A stretch of 63,710 nucleotides of DNA, filler included, from Octopus bimaculoides (lineage: Eukaryota): the NCBI RefSeq assembly GCF_001194135.2. It is 6 parts of 6 records of this genome, joined end to end, with 100 filler letters (N's around TTAATTAATTAA, not from the genome) between each part and the next. Parts side by side here need not be neighbours in the genome. Positions count along the whole stretch, not along the records: positions 8,966 to 30,074 come from NC_068984.1; positions 30,175 to 54,271 come from NC_069004.1; 4 more parts are not named here. One strand, 5' to 3'. The notes under the pieces were generated by a model. The model saw only the letters and a list, made by a program, of their open reading frames with translations, was not told the DNA's origin and searched no databases. Within the stretch, counting starts at the first letter, position 1. Each line of letters opens with the position of its first letter. Below are positions 23,920-36,845 of the stretch, in pieces. The position numbers and the translations under genes are program-made.

Positions 23920-23963
23920 TAATGATGATGGTGGTGATGGTGATGGTAGTGGTAGTGGTGGCA

Positions 23964-23998
<35 letters not shown>

Positions 23999-24105
23999 AA
24001 TGGTGATGATGGTGGTGGTGATGGTGGTGGTAGTGGTAGTGGTGGCAATGATGATGATGATGATGATGATGATGGTAATGATGATGATGATGATGGTGAT
24101 GCTGA
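23835..24105. repeat. Compound (GAT)/(GGT) microsatellite with an internal duplication of about 85-90 bp
   Basis: GGTAGTGGTAGTGGTGGCAATGATGAT occurs twice, at about 23945 and 24029. Confidence 0.9.
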
Positions 24106-24389
24106 AACACTCGCACACACGCGACATTGTGCTCAATCTACCTAGAGTAACAGATTTTATCAGGCACTGTCAGAAAACCTACACACAAACACACATTCAT
24201 TCGAACGCTCACCTCCCCACCACACATACACACACACAAATGCGCATGCATTCATGCACACACGCACGCACACATACACACATATGCACGCGTACATATC
24301 TGTGCACACATCCATACACATTAAGTCAGACAATGTGTGTCACGCAACAAAGCTCTAAGCTTTTTTTTCGCAACTTCAAAGAAAAGTAA

Positions 24390-25140
24390 GAGAGAGAGAG
24401 AGAAAGAGGGAAAGAGAGATAGAGAGAGAGAGAGAGAGAGAGTTAGAGAGAGAGAGAGAGAGATATAGAGAGAGAGAGAACAGAAGAAAACCAAGAAAGG
24501 TAATAGAAAGAAAAAAATAACAAAAAAAAGTGTGAGAGCGAATGAAAAGAGAGAATGAAATTGAGAGAAATGACGAGAATGTCAGCTGACTTTTATTTTA
24601 CCTTCTGCTAATTTCAAACGTTCTGAGAGGCTTTTTTTTGTCCACTTTTCGCATCCATCTTTAACTCTCTCTCTCACTCTCTTCTTTTTCCTTCTTACCT
24701 TCTCCTGCTAACCCCACCCCACCTCTTTGTTCTGTATGTCTTCGTATCTCTCTTCCTCTCTCTTTCTCCGACTTAATCACGCTACCTTCACACATCTCTC
24801 TCTTTCTTCTCATTTCTCTCTCCTCACCCTTTGCTTTCTCTCTCTCTCTCCCTCTCTCTTTCCTTCACATGTACATTTATTCACACTATCATTACTCTCT
24901 CTCTCTTTTTTCTCACCTCCCTCTTCCCCCTTTCCTTTGTACCTCTCTCTCCTCCACAGGCACACTAACATTACTCTCTCTCTCTCTTCTTACTTCTTCT
25001 TGCCCCCTAGCACTCTCTCTCTCTCTCTCTCTCTCCCACTCTCTCCTCCACACTTACGCTTTCCCCCCATTATATGTATATTCTCTTTCGGTGAACTTAG
25101 TCCCCCCTCCTCCCCCTCCCCCTCTCTCTCTCCAACACGA
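24390..25140. repeat. GA-rich then CT-rich low-complexity tracts
   Basis: Direct reading. Confidence 0.9.
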
Positions 25141-27166
25141 CTTGCATGTAAACAACCTCTTCTTACAAGCTGAACTATTTTACTGCCTTAAACTGTATCC
25201 TGAACAAACAAAAGCAAGCAATTTGATAAGTTATTCCAGTTATCTCGGCACCGACGCTGCTTTTACTAATGTATTTCTATTTTATTTTTCCCTCTGGTAC
25301 CTGTCATACCAATAGATTTTGTATGTGTGTATGTGTGTGTGTGCGAGTGTATGTGCACGTAGACAAGCACACGTGCGCACAAACTCAAACACGAACATAT
25401 CTACATATCTATATCTACATCTATGCATGTGTATGCGTATATATGTATATATATATATATATGTGTGCGTGTTTATATGTGTATGTATTATTTGTGCACA
25501 CACATATACATACATGTACATTATGTTAAAATATCAGAAGCCATTATTCTCAATGGTTACAGGTCTTATTTTGATAATTTTTTTTCGTTCATGCTTAAAA
25601 TTGATCGTTGGTGAAACTGGTGAAATTTGGTTATAGCTCTTTGAAATGATTGATCTGTAATACTAGAATTTAGGTTAATTATACAATTAAAGACTTTAAG
25701 AAAAGCTTTTTTTTTACTCCTGTTAATTTTCTTACCTTATTTCGAAAAGCAGATTTGTTTCATGCATATTCCAGCGAGTCGTGTATAGCAAACCTGTCGA
25801 TTACGCAAAGTAATTTCATTAGAAAATTTTCTATGGCAGTCGCCCTTTCATTTACCTCTTCGTTGGATGTTATCTTTTTTTATTTCTGGATTCTGTAATG
25901 GTATACCGTCGTTGCTATGTCGTGTCCTTTTCTGCTCCATTTTTTTTATTACCCGATTCAGTTTTTGTACTGAATACACTTGTAACTTGTGTCATTGATG
26001 CCCTACTTTGTTAAAGCTGTCCTACTCTCTACTCCATAAATTGCTATTTTATATCTCAAGTCGCTCGAGATGGTCTTGATACATTGAGTTGTGTGCAGTG
26101 GTTGCACTTTCTGTATCATGACTCAACTCACAATTGCTCATCCCGTCTTTATGGTGCCCAAAAATAATTCGCTCACTTTGAATATTGGAATATTCTTTTA
26201 ACATGAATTCCTTCTGGTGTCTGCTTCGAGATGACATCTCACTTCTTACATAAGGTGGCAGAGGGTGGGAGTGCATTTGTTTCCAGATTATGTTCCATTT
26301 TTCAGTATGCAGAAAGATATATCTGGAACCATATATGTGAGAGTGTGCGTTGGTCTCTCATCAATTCAACGAATTAGGGTTTAGTAAGATACAAGTGATG
26401 CTGGGGTCTTGTTTTGCTGAACAACAAGGAACAACAGCGAGCACAGTTTGTGCAGCGCCAGCCCCACTCACTCATCATTTAAACTTGTATTGCTACAAAC
26501 CATGAAAAGTTGGTAGGATGCAGGATTTGTATAGAGATACCTCCCCTTAGATGAGAAGCTAAAGAACAGAGACGAAGAATGTCTTTTTAAAAAAATTCTG
26601 AGACATATCAAAAAATGCCAAATGAAGCATATCTGAATATATAAATGATTTCAAATGAGAATCAAAACCAAAACGGTGTTTTATTTCTCATTGACAAATA
26701 TCAAAAATAAATAATTAAATTAACTGTTTAAAAATTTGAGATCAAGGGGGAAAAAGCATTAAAAAAATATAAAATGTTCTATGCATCTTTCTAGTTCTTT
26801 CATTTAAATTTCAAACTTTTGCTCCCGCTAAAATTCATCTAAAAATGATTATCTCCCCTTACAATAACTGGTCACTTAAGCACACAACATGTTTGAAATA
26901 TTATGAGAAATTATATAAATAAACATGAAGCTTGTACGGCTTCTAGTTTCGACTGGCAGAATGTTTCCATTCTAAAATTATGTAAAATATAATTATTTAT
27001 ATGGAATGTTAAGAGCAGAGAGATGTTAGCAGTATCCTTTTCACAGAAGAGTGATGGGCTGGAAGAAGAATATGGAAACACTTCCAAACAGGTGGGTGTA
27101 TAGTTGTAGTAAAATCTTATATATATATATATATAGTAGTTAGTATATAATAATGATAATAATATA

Positions 27167-27223
<57 letters not shown>

Positions 27224-27738
27224 NNNNNNNNNNNNNNNNNNNNNNNNNNNNNNNNNNNNNNNNNNNNNNNNNNNNNNNNNNNNNNNNNNNNNNNNNNNNN
27301 NNNNNNNNNNNNNNNNNNNNNNNNNNNNNNNNNNNNNNNNNNNNNNNNNNNNNNNNNNNNNNNNNNNNNNNNNNNNNNNNNNNNNNNNNNNNNNNNNNNN
27401 NNNNNNNNNNNNNNNNNNNNNNNNNNNNNNNNNNNNNNNNNNNNNNNNNNNNNNNNNNNNNNNNNNNNNNNNNNNNNNNNNNNNNNNNNNNNNNNNNNNN
27501 NNNNNNNNNNNNNNNNNNNNNNNNNNNNNNNNNNNNNNNNNNNNNNNNNNNNNNNNNNNNNNNNNNNNNNNNNNNNNNNNNNNNNNNNNNNNNNNNNNNN
27601 NNNNNNNNNNNNNNNNNNNNNNNNNNNNNNNNNNNNNNNNNNNNNNNNNNNNNNNNNNNNNNNNNNNNNNNNNNNNNNNNNNNNNNNNNNNNNNNNNNNN
27701 NNNNNNNNNNNNNNNNNNNNNNNNNNNNNNNNNNNNNN

Positions 27739-27781
<43 letters not shown>

Positions 27782-27965
27782 TTATGTATATATATACATA
27801 CGTGCATACATATATATACACACACAAAGTACGGTGGTTTAGTTCACCAGTGATCTAAACGATTAGGTACGCTAGGTAAGTGCTGTAACGTATTACTAGG
27901 GCTCCAAGGTTATAGCTGAGACGGTAGTTATGGACCGATTGCAGATTTCCGTAGTGGTCAACGTC

Positions 27966-28049
<84 letters not shown>

Positions 28050-28122
28050 ATATATAGAGAGAGGGAGATAGAGAGAGAGAGATAGAGAGAGAGAGATAGA
28101 GAGAGAGAGACAGATAGACTTA

Positions 28123-28860
28123 CGGGCTGTATTGCAGACGCCTTGCAACTTTTTTAGGAGAAGCAGTTATATATGCCTTTGATTATAGACATTTTAGTAT
28201 CTCATTATTAAACGTCTAATAAGCTGATTGACCAACTTTTGTTATCCCAGATTGAGGGAGACGTTTGTAACAGCACTCTGAACACATCCTACTCAACATT
28301 GGTTGTCACAGATGACTAGTTTGTAGAATGCAGTCGGGACGTTTGGAAGCTCGCTCTGCTATATACTTCTGTGGTGAACTGGGTATAAACGCTACAGAAA
28401 CTGCTGAAATGCTCCGGACTGCTCGTAGATTAACTTGTAGGAGCCGAGTACCTGTTTTCCGCTGGCACAAGAAGCCAGGTAAAACTTATCCACGAGGAAT
28501 CTCTTGACGATCCCTTTTTTTCGACAGCAAGGACATCATCTATATCCACTAAGTTTTCTCTGGAGTACTTTGTGGAGGTTTTGAAGGACTTCAGGAAGAG
28601 ATTTCGTCGCAAAAGCCCTGAGCACTTGCATTAGGACACTGCATCAGTCCACAATTCCACTCTGTTAACCGAATACCTAACAAGAGATGGGCATCGAAAG
28701 TGTCTCTCAACACCTCCCCTACAATACAGATCTCGTTCCTTGTGACGTTTATCTCTTCCCCAAGCTGCAAGGGAAGGTGAAAAAACCCATGAAAGGGCCC
28801 TGGAGGCCTCCACTGTTGAGCACTTCCATGGAGTCTTCACGAAGTGGCTGGCGCGGCGCA
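28123..28860 (+). mobile_element. Decayed, internally deleted mariner, same family as 377-1200
   Basis: Colinear with copy 1 (TTTTAGTATCTCATTA; CACATCCTACT; GACAGCAAG.ACATC). ORF 28687-28914 encodes QHLPYNTDLVPCDVYLFPKL. Confidence 0.85.
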
Positions 28861-28952
28861 AGTCAATTATATAGACCCCAGTGCTCAACTGATTTCATCG
28901 AGTCGGAAGGATGAAGGCGAAATCGAAAAGAAAAACAACGTTGTGGATAAGA

Positions 28953-28987
<35 letters not shown>

Positions 28988-29637
28988 TTATAAGGAGAGA
29001 GAAATAGAAAGACTATTTAGGCAATAAACAAAGTTGATACAAAATGTGAGAGACAGAGCTACAAGGAAACAATGGAAGGAAAAGGATACAAATGTAGGAC
29101 ATTAAAAATTGCTTACTTCACAGTGAATAAAAATGAGTTTTCTGACTTAAGCATGTAGTTGAGATCTTCAAGAATAAAACCATGAGAAAAACTACATTTT
29201 GACAAACATATTGCAATTTATAAGAATTTTCTAGGCACTGTAGACATTGATAATTGTTTTGTTTTTTTAAAAGTTACATACCCATTGCTAATTCATAAGC
29301 AACTTTTTTTCATTATATTATAGACGCAAAGTGGAACAGACAGAAAAATAATTTCAAATACAGACATTAGTTTCTTAAAAATGGCGAAGTGCAAAAGAAA
29401 AGTCAGCTCCCTCTCTCTCTTTTTGAGAGTTTCACAGATTTTAGTGTTTTTATGTTTTGTTTTGTGAAATTAATACTGGAGTTGTTAGCGAACTCGCTTT
29501 TATGTAAAAGTAAGGACAGGGATCAACATGGAATTGGTTAACAGACTATTTAATAACTGGGTTCTATTTAACTAAATATGACGAACTAGCAAAATGTACG
29601 CACAAATACATACATATATACATACATACATACATAC

Positions 29638-29668
<31 letters not shown>

Positions 29669-30033
29669 CAGATTCATGTTACAGATTCATGTATGAATAT
29701 TTATGTATTTATGTATGTACGTATTTATGTATTGCGCTTGCATGTGCCTGCGTGTGTATACGAGTGTGTGTGTGTGTATACGTGTGTGCGTGCGTGTGTT
29801 TCTGTGTGAGTCTGTGTGTGTGCGTGTGTGCGTGTGTCTTTGTATTTGTGCTCGTCCCCACCTCAGCGCTTGACAACCGGTAATTGTTTGGTTATGTCCT
29901 AGTAATTTTAGTTAAAAGTTAATAAACGTACTCTACTAAGGATACTGAGCATTCTTACATGTTACAGATTCATGTAAAATTGTTTTTATACATCCACTTT
30001 GCATAAAAACTCTTGTATATGTGTATATGTATA

Positions 30034-30074
<41 letters not shown>

Positions 30075-30174
30075 NNNNNNNNNNNNNNNNNNNNNNNNNN
30101 NNNNNNNNNNNNNNNNNNTTAATTAATTAANNNNNNNNNNNNNNNNNNNNNNNNNNNNNNNNNNNNNNNNNNNN

Positions 30175-30243
<69 letters not shown>

Positions 30244-31526
30244 TACATACACTTATACACATGCAGATATATATACGCATGTATGTTTATATATTTGCGA
30301 AGTTTCTGCGATAAGATGTTTTTAGGAAAAGAATGAAGTTTTGTTCTCCAACTTTTATTGCAATGACTATTTACAGCCTGCTACGAAATATAAAGGAATT
30401 TTGCCGATATGGGGGGATTATACGAAGCTTATTAACATCCCAACAGACACACATATACATACACATACACACATGTGTACGTACATGGATGTGTTGTGTT
30501 CTATTCTGTCTTTAAATATACGAAGTCTTCTTGTGAGGAAGGCGCTGGTTTCTAACAAAGATACAAAGCTCCAGTGTTTGGAATATAGATAAAGAAAGGA
30601 ACGAATTGGCATTTTTACAACTTAACAAAAGTCTTGCATATTTCTACTGTTCCACTTACAGATTGTTATTTATTTATTTATTTGTTTGTTTGTTCTTTTG
30701 CTAATTCAATACGCAGACTAAGTTTTCGATCTTCATTTCAGTTTTAAAATTCGTATTATTTTCAGTTTATTATCCTGCTTATTCCATTTTGTCCTAAAAT
30801 TAAATAAACCAAGACAAGAGGAGACACAGAGGACACAGAGTGGCTGATGAGGCCACACAATGTGTGAGGAAAGAACTTTGACAGACGCATACACTAAATA
30901 CAATACGAATAAAGACTAAAGTGTAGACTGAATAAATGAACATCCCAAAGTATAACAATAAATTATAACTATTATGTGTTATGCTATACTTTGATAGCAA
31001 AAGTGTACTTCTAAATTTATCCTTTGTATGATACGCGACGCCGTAGTCTTATAAATAATACTGATCATTAAATAATTTTGCTTGTTTCCCCTCGCAGCAT
31101 TATTTTTTTCGTCTAATTAATGTTTTAATGTTGTAATTACAGCAACACTAGATAATTGTTTACCAAGCAGATGGCGCCCCCAGTTGATCTTGTCTCTTAA
31201 TATTTATATTTTTCTACAACACCTATACAAATTCTTATCTATTGTTTGCTAATGAGGTAATAATACGACAGAATTATGCTCGGTGTTGTCTCCCTTATTA
31301 TTTGGTGAAATTATAAGAATAATGTTGTTTATTGTTTCCTCAGAGAATAAATACTGATAATTAATTTTTGATTTTTGCTTAACATACACTAAGCTACTTT
31401 TACCGGCCTACCTATTTATTTATCCATCTTTGTTTCTGGTTATATAATTTTCATTCTATATATCAGTTTAAGAATCTATGTTCCTGTATAGCTATCTGCT
31501 TTTATATCTGTCTATCGACCAAACTA

Positions 31527-31903
31527 CAGAGTGATTCAAAAGTTAACATACAGAAGAGCAATTTATTTTTATATAAGCAACAGTTTATAAGAACAGTTTT
31601 CTTTTAATATTTAACAGGCTCTATATGGTTACCATTGTTTTGAATACGCATTGCAATACGTTTACCCCACTCATTGTGAACGTGTAATAGCACATCTGGT
31701 GATACTTGTGCAAAGGAGTTGGTGATGCGTTCCTTCAAATGATTTATGTCTTTTATCTTTCTGCGATACACCATGCATTTCAAATGCCCCCAAAGATAGA
31801 AATCAAGAGGGGTCAGATCAGGGGATTTAGGGGATCTTCTAAACTGTTTCTTATTTTAAAAAAATCAATTTTTCCTATGTATGGAGACTTTTGAATCACC
31901 CTG
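31527..31903 (-). mobile_element. Tc1/mariner deletion derivative (maT/rosa-like C-terminus) with TIRs and TA TSD
   Basis: TA|CAGAGTGATTCAAAAGT...ACTTTTGAATCACCCTG|TA. The minus strand encodes SPDLTPLDFYLWGHLKCMVY..LKERITNSF..GNHIE. Confidence 0.9.
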
Positions 31904-32068
31904 TATTTATCTCTTTATCATATCTATCATATTTCTGCCCCACCCCCACCTTCTCTCTCTCTCTCTCCATATACTGTTCTGTATCTGCCTGTCTCCGTCG
32001 CTAAGTCTCTGTTTATATCGCTGTCTTTTTGTTTCTCTGAATGTCGTACTCGCTCACCTATTCACTTA

Positions 32069-32105
<37 letters not shown>

Positions 32106-32664
32106 ACACACACATACACACACACTCACACTCACACACACACTCAGTCACTCATTCCTACACACACCCACACGTAAGTATACGCACTCATCCTTTCATT
32201 CCCTCATTCATTCACTCAATTTGTCATCCAGGGACTCTAACACTTACTACTTTAATATTTCTATCTATCTGTCTGTCTGTCTATATACATATATATTGAG
32301 TATACATATATATTGAGCTTTCCATTATTTAATTTTCTCTCTCTCACTCTCTCCCCGTTTCACACAAACACACACACACACATACACACACTCTCTTTCT
32401 CTCTCTGACTCAGTCTCTCACTCTCTCTATCTATCTATGTATCTATCTGTCATCTTTCTTTCTCGTTATATATCAATGTACCTATCAGTCTGTTTGTCTG
32501 TTTATCTATCGTCTACCTATCTATTTATCTATTTATCTATCACTGACCATCTCTCTCTCCCTCAAATTGTCTCTCTAACTATCTCTCTCTCTCTCTCTCT
32601 CTAACTCTCCATCTCTCTCTGTCTCTCTAACTATCTTTCTACCGTTCCCTCTCNNNNNNNNNNN

Positions 32665-32730
<66 letters not shown>

Positions 32731-32950
32731 CTCTATCCTATCAATCTATATATTTATCTGTGTTTCTATCTCTCTATCTGTTTTTGTTTGCCAATCTCCC
32801 TCTCCCTATAAATGTATGAGTGCATATATATATATGTGTATATATATTTGTGTGTGTATGTATGTGCATGTGCGTATATATATATATATATATGTATGTG
32901 TTTGTATGTGTATGTATAATTGTATGTACGTATATGTATGTATATGTACG

Positions 32951-32984
<34 letters not shown>

Positions 32985-33581
32985 AGCAGCCGCCCGTGCG
33001 TACACACACGCATACACATACACACACACGCATACGCACACGCACACACACGCACGCGCGCATGCTTTTAGCTATTTAATATTTCCTGCATTAAATATGT
33101 TATCATTAACAAAACTATTGTCTTTTTCTTCTTACGCTTCTTTTTTTTCCATAACCATGGCGTCTTTCACATTCTTAAATACAATGCTATCTTAATAATC
33201 CATTCTGGAAATCGAGATAAAGAAATTTTTACAAAAAGATATTCCGCAAGTTGGTTACAGTTCTGATATTCATTTGAAAGAAAGTTTTGCTCAAGAATTT
33301 CTTTGAAAATGCTAAAGAACTCTCTTTCAGTCAAAGAATTTGCCAAAAGCTACAAGGTTAATAAACTGGATTGCATTTGAATGTGAGGAAAGGTGGAGAT
33401 GCGGTAGTTTATAGAATGTCATACGATATTAAACTATATTACGTAATAAAAACGTCTCAGTTTGACAGAAAAAAATAACAAACGATTTTGACCAAAAGCA
33501 TTTAAGAAACACCTTCCTCAATTATTATCATCATCATCAACAACAGCAGCATTATTGTTGTTATTATAATTATTATCTTTC

Positions 33582-33640
<59 letters not shown>

Positions 33641-33660
33641 CATTATTATTATTATTATTA

Positions 33661-33850
33661 GGGCGGCGAGCTGCCGGGAACGTTAGCACGCCGAGCAAAA
33701 TGCTTAGCGGTATTTCGTCTGCCGCTTTACGTTCTGAGTTCATATTCCATCGAGGCCGACTTTGGCCTTTAATCCTTTCGGGGTCGATGAAATAATTGCC
33801 TGTTACGCACTGGGGTCGATGTAATCGACTTAATCCCCCTTCCTCCAAAC
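33661..33850 (+). mobile_element. Family A SINE after (TTA)n
   Basis: Homologous to 7233-7410. Confidence 0.9.
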
Positions 33851-33989
33851 TGCCCTTTCTCGTCCCACATCCGCACTTAGTACTCTCCACGGTTCTAACC
33901 GCTCTTGCCTTTATGACATTCGTTCGTAAAGCCTGGCTTTGAGCAAGTATAATAAGCTCTTCCGTTTATTTTTGAGTTCTTTATTGTTT

Positions 33990-34361
33990 AACTGTGTGGT
34001 TAGGGCAGCGGACTCGCAGTCATAGGATCGCGGTTTCGATTCCCAGATTGGGCGTTGTGAGTGTTTATTGAGCGAAAACATCTAAAGCTCCACGAGGCTC
34101 CGGCAAGGGATGGTGGCGAACCCTGCTGTACTCTTCCACCACAAGTTTCTCTCACTCTTACTTCATGTTTCTGTTGTGCCTGTAATTCAAAGGGCCAGCC
34201 TTGTCACACTGTGTCACGCTGAATATCCCCGAGAACTACGTTAAGGGTACACGTGTCTGTGGAGTGCTCAGCCACTTGCACGTTAATTTCACGAGCAGGC
34301 TGTTCCGTTGATCGGATCAACTGGAACCCTCGACGTCGTAAGCGACGGAGTGCCAACAACA
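33990..34361 (+). mobile_element. tRNA-derived SINE (family C)
   Basis: Head GTGGTTAGGGCAGCGGACTCGCAGTCATAGGATCGCGGTTTCGATTCCC, tail GTGGAGTGCTCAGCCACTTGCACG..GGAGTGCCAACAACAA. An inverted copy lies at 55395-55735. Confidence 0.88.
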
Positions 34362-34413
34362 ATTCTTTAACTGTAACCAAGATTTGTCTGCTGCAGCATC
34401 CAGCATTTGATTA

Positions 34414-34629
34414 CAGGCAAGTTCACCGCCATCAATTCACCGCGAAAAAGGTTCATCGTGAGGAAAGTTTACTGAGAAAATATATCCATAGTATTTCCCC
34501 ATAAATAGTTAAAAACTATTTTATTGAAATAGAAAAAAAACAGTGAATTGATGACAGTCAACTTGACCTACGGTGAATTGATAACGGTGAACTTTACCTG
34601 CAGTGAATTAATGGCGGTGAACTTACCTG
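34414..34629. mobile_element. MITE-like element with TIRs and 30-bp subterminal tandem units
   Basis: The left end CAGGCAAGTTCACCGCCATCAATTCACCGC is inverted relative to three 30-bp units at 34541, 34571 and 34601. Confidence 0.75.
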
Positions 34630-34639
34630 ACATGCCAGC

Positions 34640-35362
34640 GTTTATCCGAGACGCTGACCGTTCAGCACTTTTCCCCAGATATTTGTTTCTCATTCTTGCT
34701 TTCACATTTCCTCGTATTCGTTTTGCAGCGCCCACATATTCTCTCTTCTCTGTTTTGGTAGACGAAATAAGTTTCTCTATGCTATTTCTCCCCTACTCAC
34801 CTATATCAAGTTCTGCCACTTTCACGTAGTTTTCTATCTACATCAATCCACTCTCTCCTTTCTTCCATGTTTATAACCTATCAGCACTGTCCCTTGAATA
34901 TAATGACCTATACAAAGACACTGTCTTTCTGGTTAAATTCTATGCCTCTTAGTTCATCTTTAATCCAGTTCCGGAGAGCAGCAGTTTATCGTATTAGAGA
35001 CACCGCCCATGTGTTTATTGTACAGATGCTTTTACCACGATTCGGTTTTCAGCTTAGCACCTTTTCTACTCTCCTAAAATATTCATTACTCACCTTCTCC
35101 TCCATTTCCCTTCAGAGAATTCTATTTGTCTCTAAAACTCCAAGGTACTTGTAACTATCATCTTTACTCATTGCTTTGATTGATGTCTCAGCTGAGAGTT
35201 TAATCCCACCTGACTTGGATATTTTCCCTCTCTTTATTGCTAGCACCGCACGTTTATCTATTCCAAACTTAATTCCAATGTCATCACTCACGACTCTAAC
35301 AGTCTGAATCAATGAAACTAAAACTTTTTCATTTTTGGCAAAGAAATTCAGGCCGTCCAAAA
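34640..35362 (-). mobile_element. Decayed R4/Dong-clade reverse transcriptase fragment
   Basis: ORF 35112-35360 encodes MDGLNFFAKNEK..DDIGIKFGIDKRAVL..SYKYLGV (YMDD region through YKYLG). Downstream WGKVLNGQ resembles W..K.LHGQ. Confidence 0.88.
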
Positions 35363-35665
35363 ACCTTGGGCAAGTCTCTTCTACTAAAGCATCGGGCCTA
35401 CCAAAGCCTTGTGAGTGGATTTGTTAGACTGAAACTGGAATAAATTTGTCGCACCGCGCGAGTGTGTGTATGTGTATGTGTGCGTGTCTGTGTCAGTGTT
35501 TGTCCCTCACCATTACTTGACAATGGGCACTGGTGTGTTTACTCTACCGTAACCTAGCCGTTCGGCAAAAGTAACCGATAAAATAAGGACCAGGCTTAAA
35601 GGAAAAACATAAGTACTCGGGTCGATTCGCGCCGCAGTTTAATGATTGAAACCAGCAACAGATAA
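35363..35665 (+). mobile_element. 5'-truncated family B SINE
   Basis: CCTTGGGCAAGTCTCTTCTACT..GGGCCTACCAAAGCCTTGTGAGTGGATTTG..CCGTAACCTAGCCGTTCGGCAAAAG. Confidence 0.8.
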
Positions 35666-36029
35666 AAGGTAACAGATTCTTATACAAATACACACTCATA
35701 TACATGAATATATATACATAAATACATAAATATACGTCCACCTACATATATGTAGGTGTGTATGTTTGGCGGGGTGACTGTCAGAATGTCTAATGAAATT
35801 ATTCCTCATCCCAGCACAAACAAATAAGAAGTTCATTGTATTAGTTATACATTAGGGACCGTCCATCTATTTCGATATGTTTATTGATTCAGCAGACATC
35901 AAATATGTTAAAATTTCCATGAAGCATTGAGTATTTCTCTACTTCCTCACTAATATTCCTCTAGGACTGACTTTAATTATATTATTTCTCTTTTAATTAT
36001 TTACATTCCTTCTTTCTTTGTTGTGTTTT

Positions 36030-36410
36030 CATTGATTGATTTGATAACGTCTGCTTTTATTTTCTCTGCTTCTTCATCGTTCTTTTTCCTTCAAATACTT
36101 TCTCTATCTCGTTTCTCTTCGTATTCTTCTTCTTCTTTCATTCTTCTTCTATTCTCTTCTTCTTCTATTCTCTTCTTCTTCTATTCTCTTCTTCTCCTTC
36201 TAGTTTCTTCTTCTTTTTCTATCCTCTTCTTCTCCTTCTTCTATTTTCTTCTTCTTCTTCCTTTTATCTTCTCTTCTTCTCTATTTTCTTCCTCTTCTTT
36301 CTTCCAATTCTTTCTTTGTCTCATTTCTCTTTGTCTGCTTCCTTTTCTAGTCACTTCTTCCCTGACGTCTTTATCATTTTCGTGTCTTCTCTTCTTCATC
36401 TGCTACTATG
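36030..36410. repeat. (CTT)-rich low-complexity tract
   Basis: Direct reading; explains ORF 36023-36496. Confidence 0.9.
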
Positions 36411-36627
36411 AGAAAGTATTTCCCTGTTTTACGAGTATTCGCTTTACGAGCGATGTCCGAGACCAAATAAACTCGTATATCGAAGCATTACTGTAATATA
36501 TTATTTATATACATATATGTGCGTGTATGTGTGTGCATACGCATATGTAGATATATACATATATATATATATGTGCGTGTGTATGTGTGTGTTTGTATAT
36601 GGTAAATAAATACTATGTAGAGTAAAA

Positions 36628-36845
36628 TTTATTTCTTTATTGCCCACAGGGGGCTGAATATATAGGGGACAAACAAGGATAGACAAAAGGATTAAGTCGA
36701 ATACATCGACGCCAGTGCGTATCTGGTACTTATTTAATTGACGCCGAAAGGATAAAAAGCTATGTCGACCTCGGCGGAATGTAACGGCAGTCGAAATACC
36801 GCTAATCATTTCGCACGTCGTAATAACAATTCTGCCAACTCGCCC
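36628..36845 (-). mobile_element. Family A SINE
   Basis: Reverse complement of the 7233-7465 type, including the CAATAAAGAAATAAA tail. Confidence 0.88.

Noticed and set aside
33990-34060. tRNA gene (also at other SINE heads and GCTTCCGTGGCTTAGTGG at about 43815)
   Set aside because: The A/B boxes continue into SINE bodies with no complete cloverleaf. The 43815 site lacks a B box.
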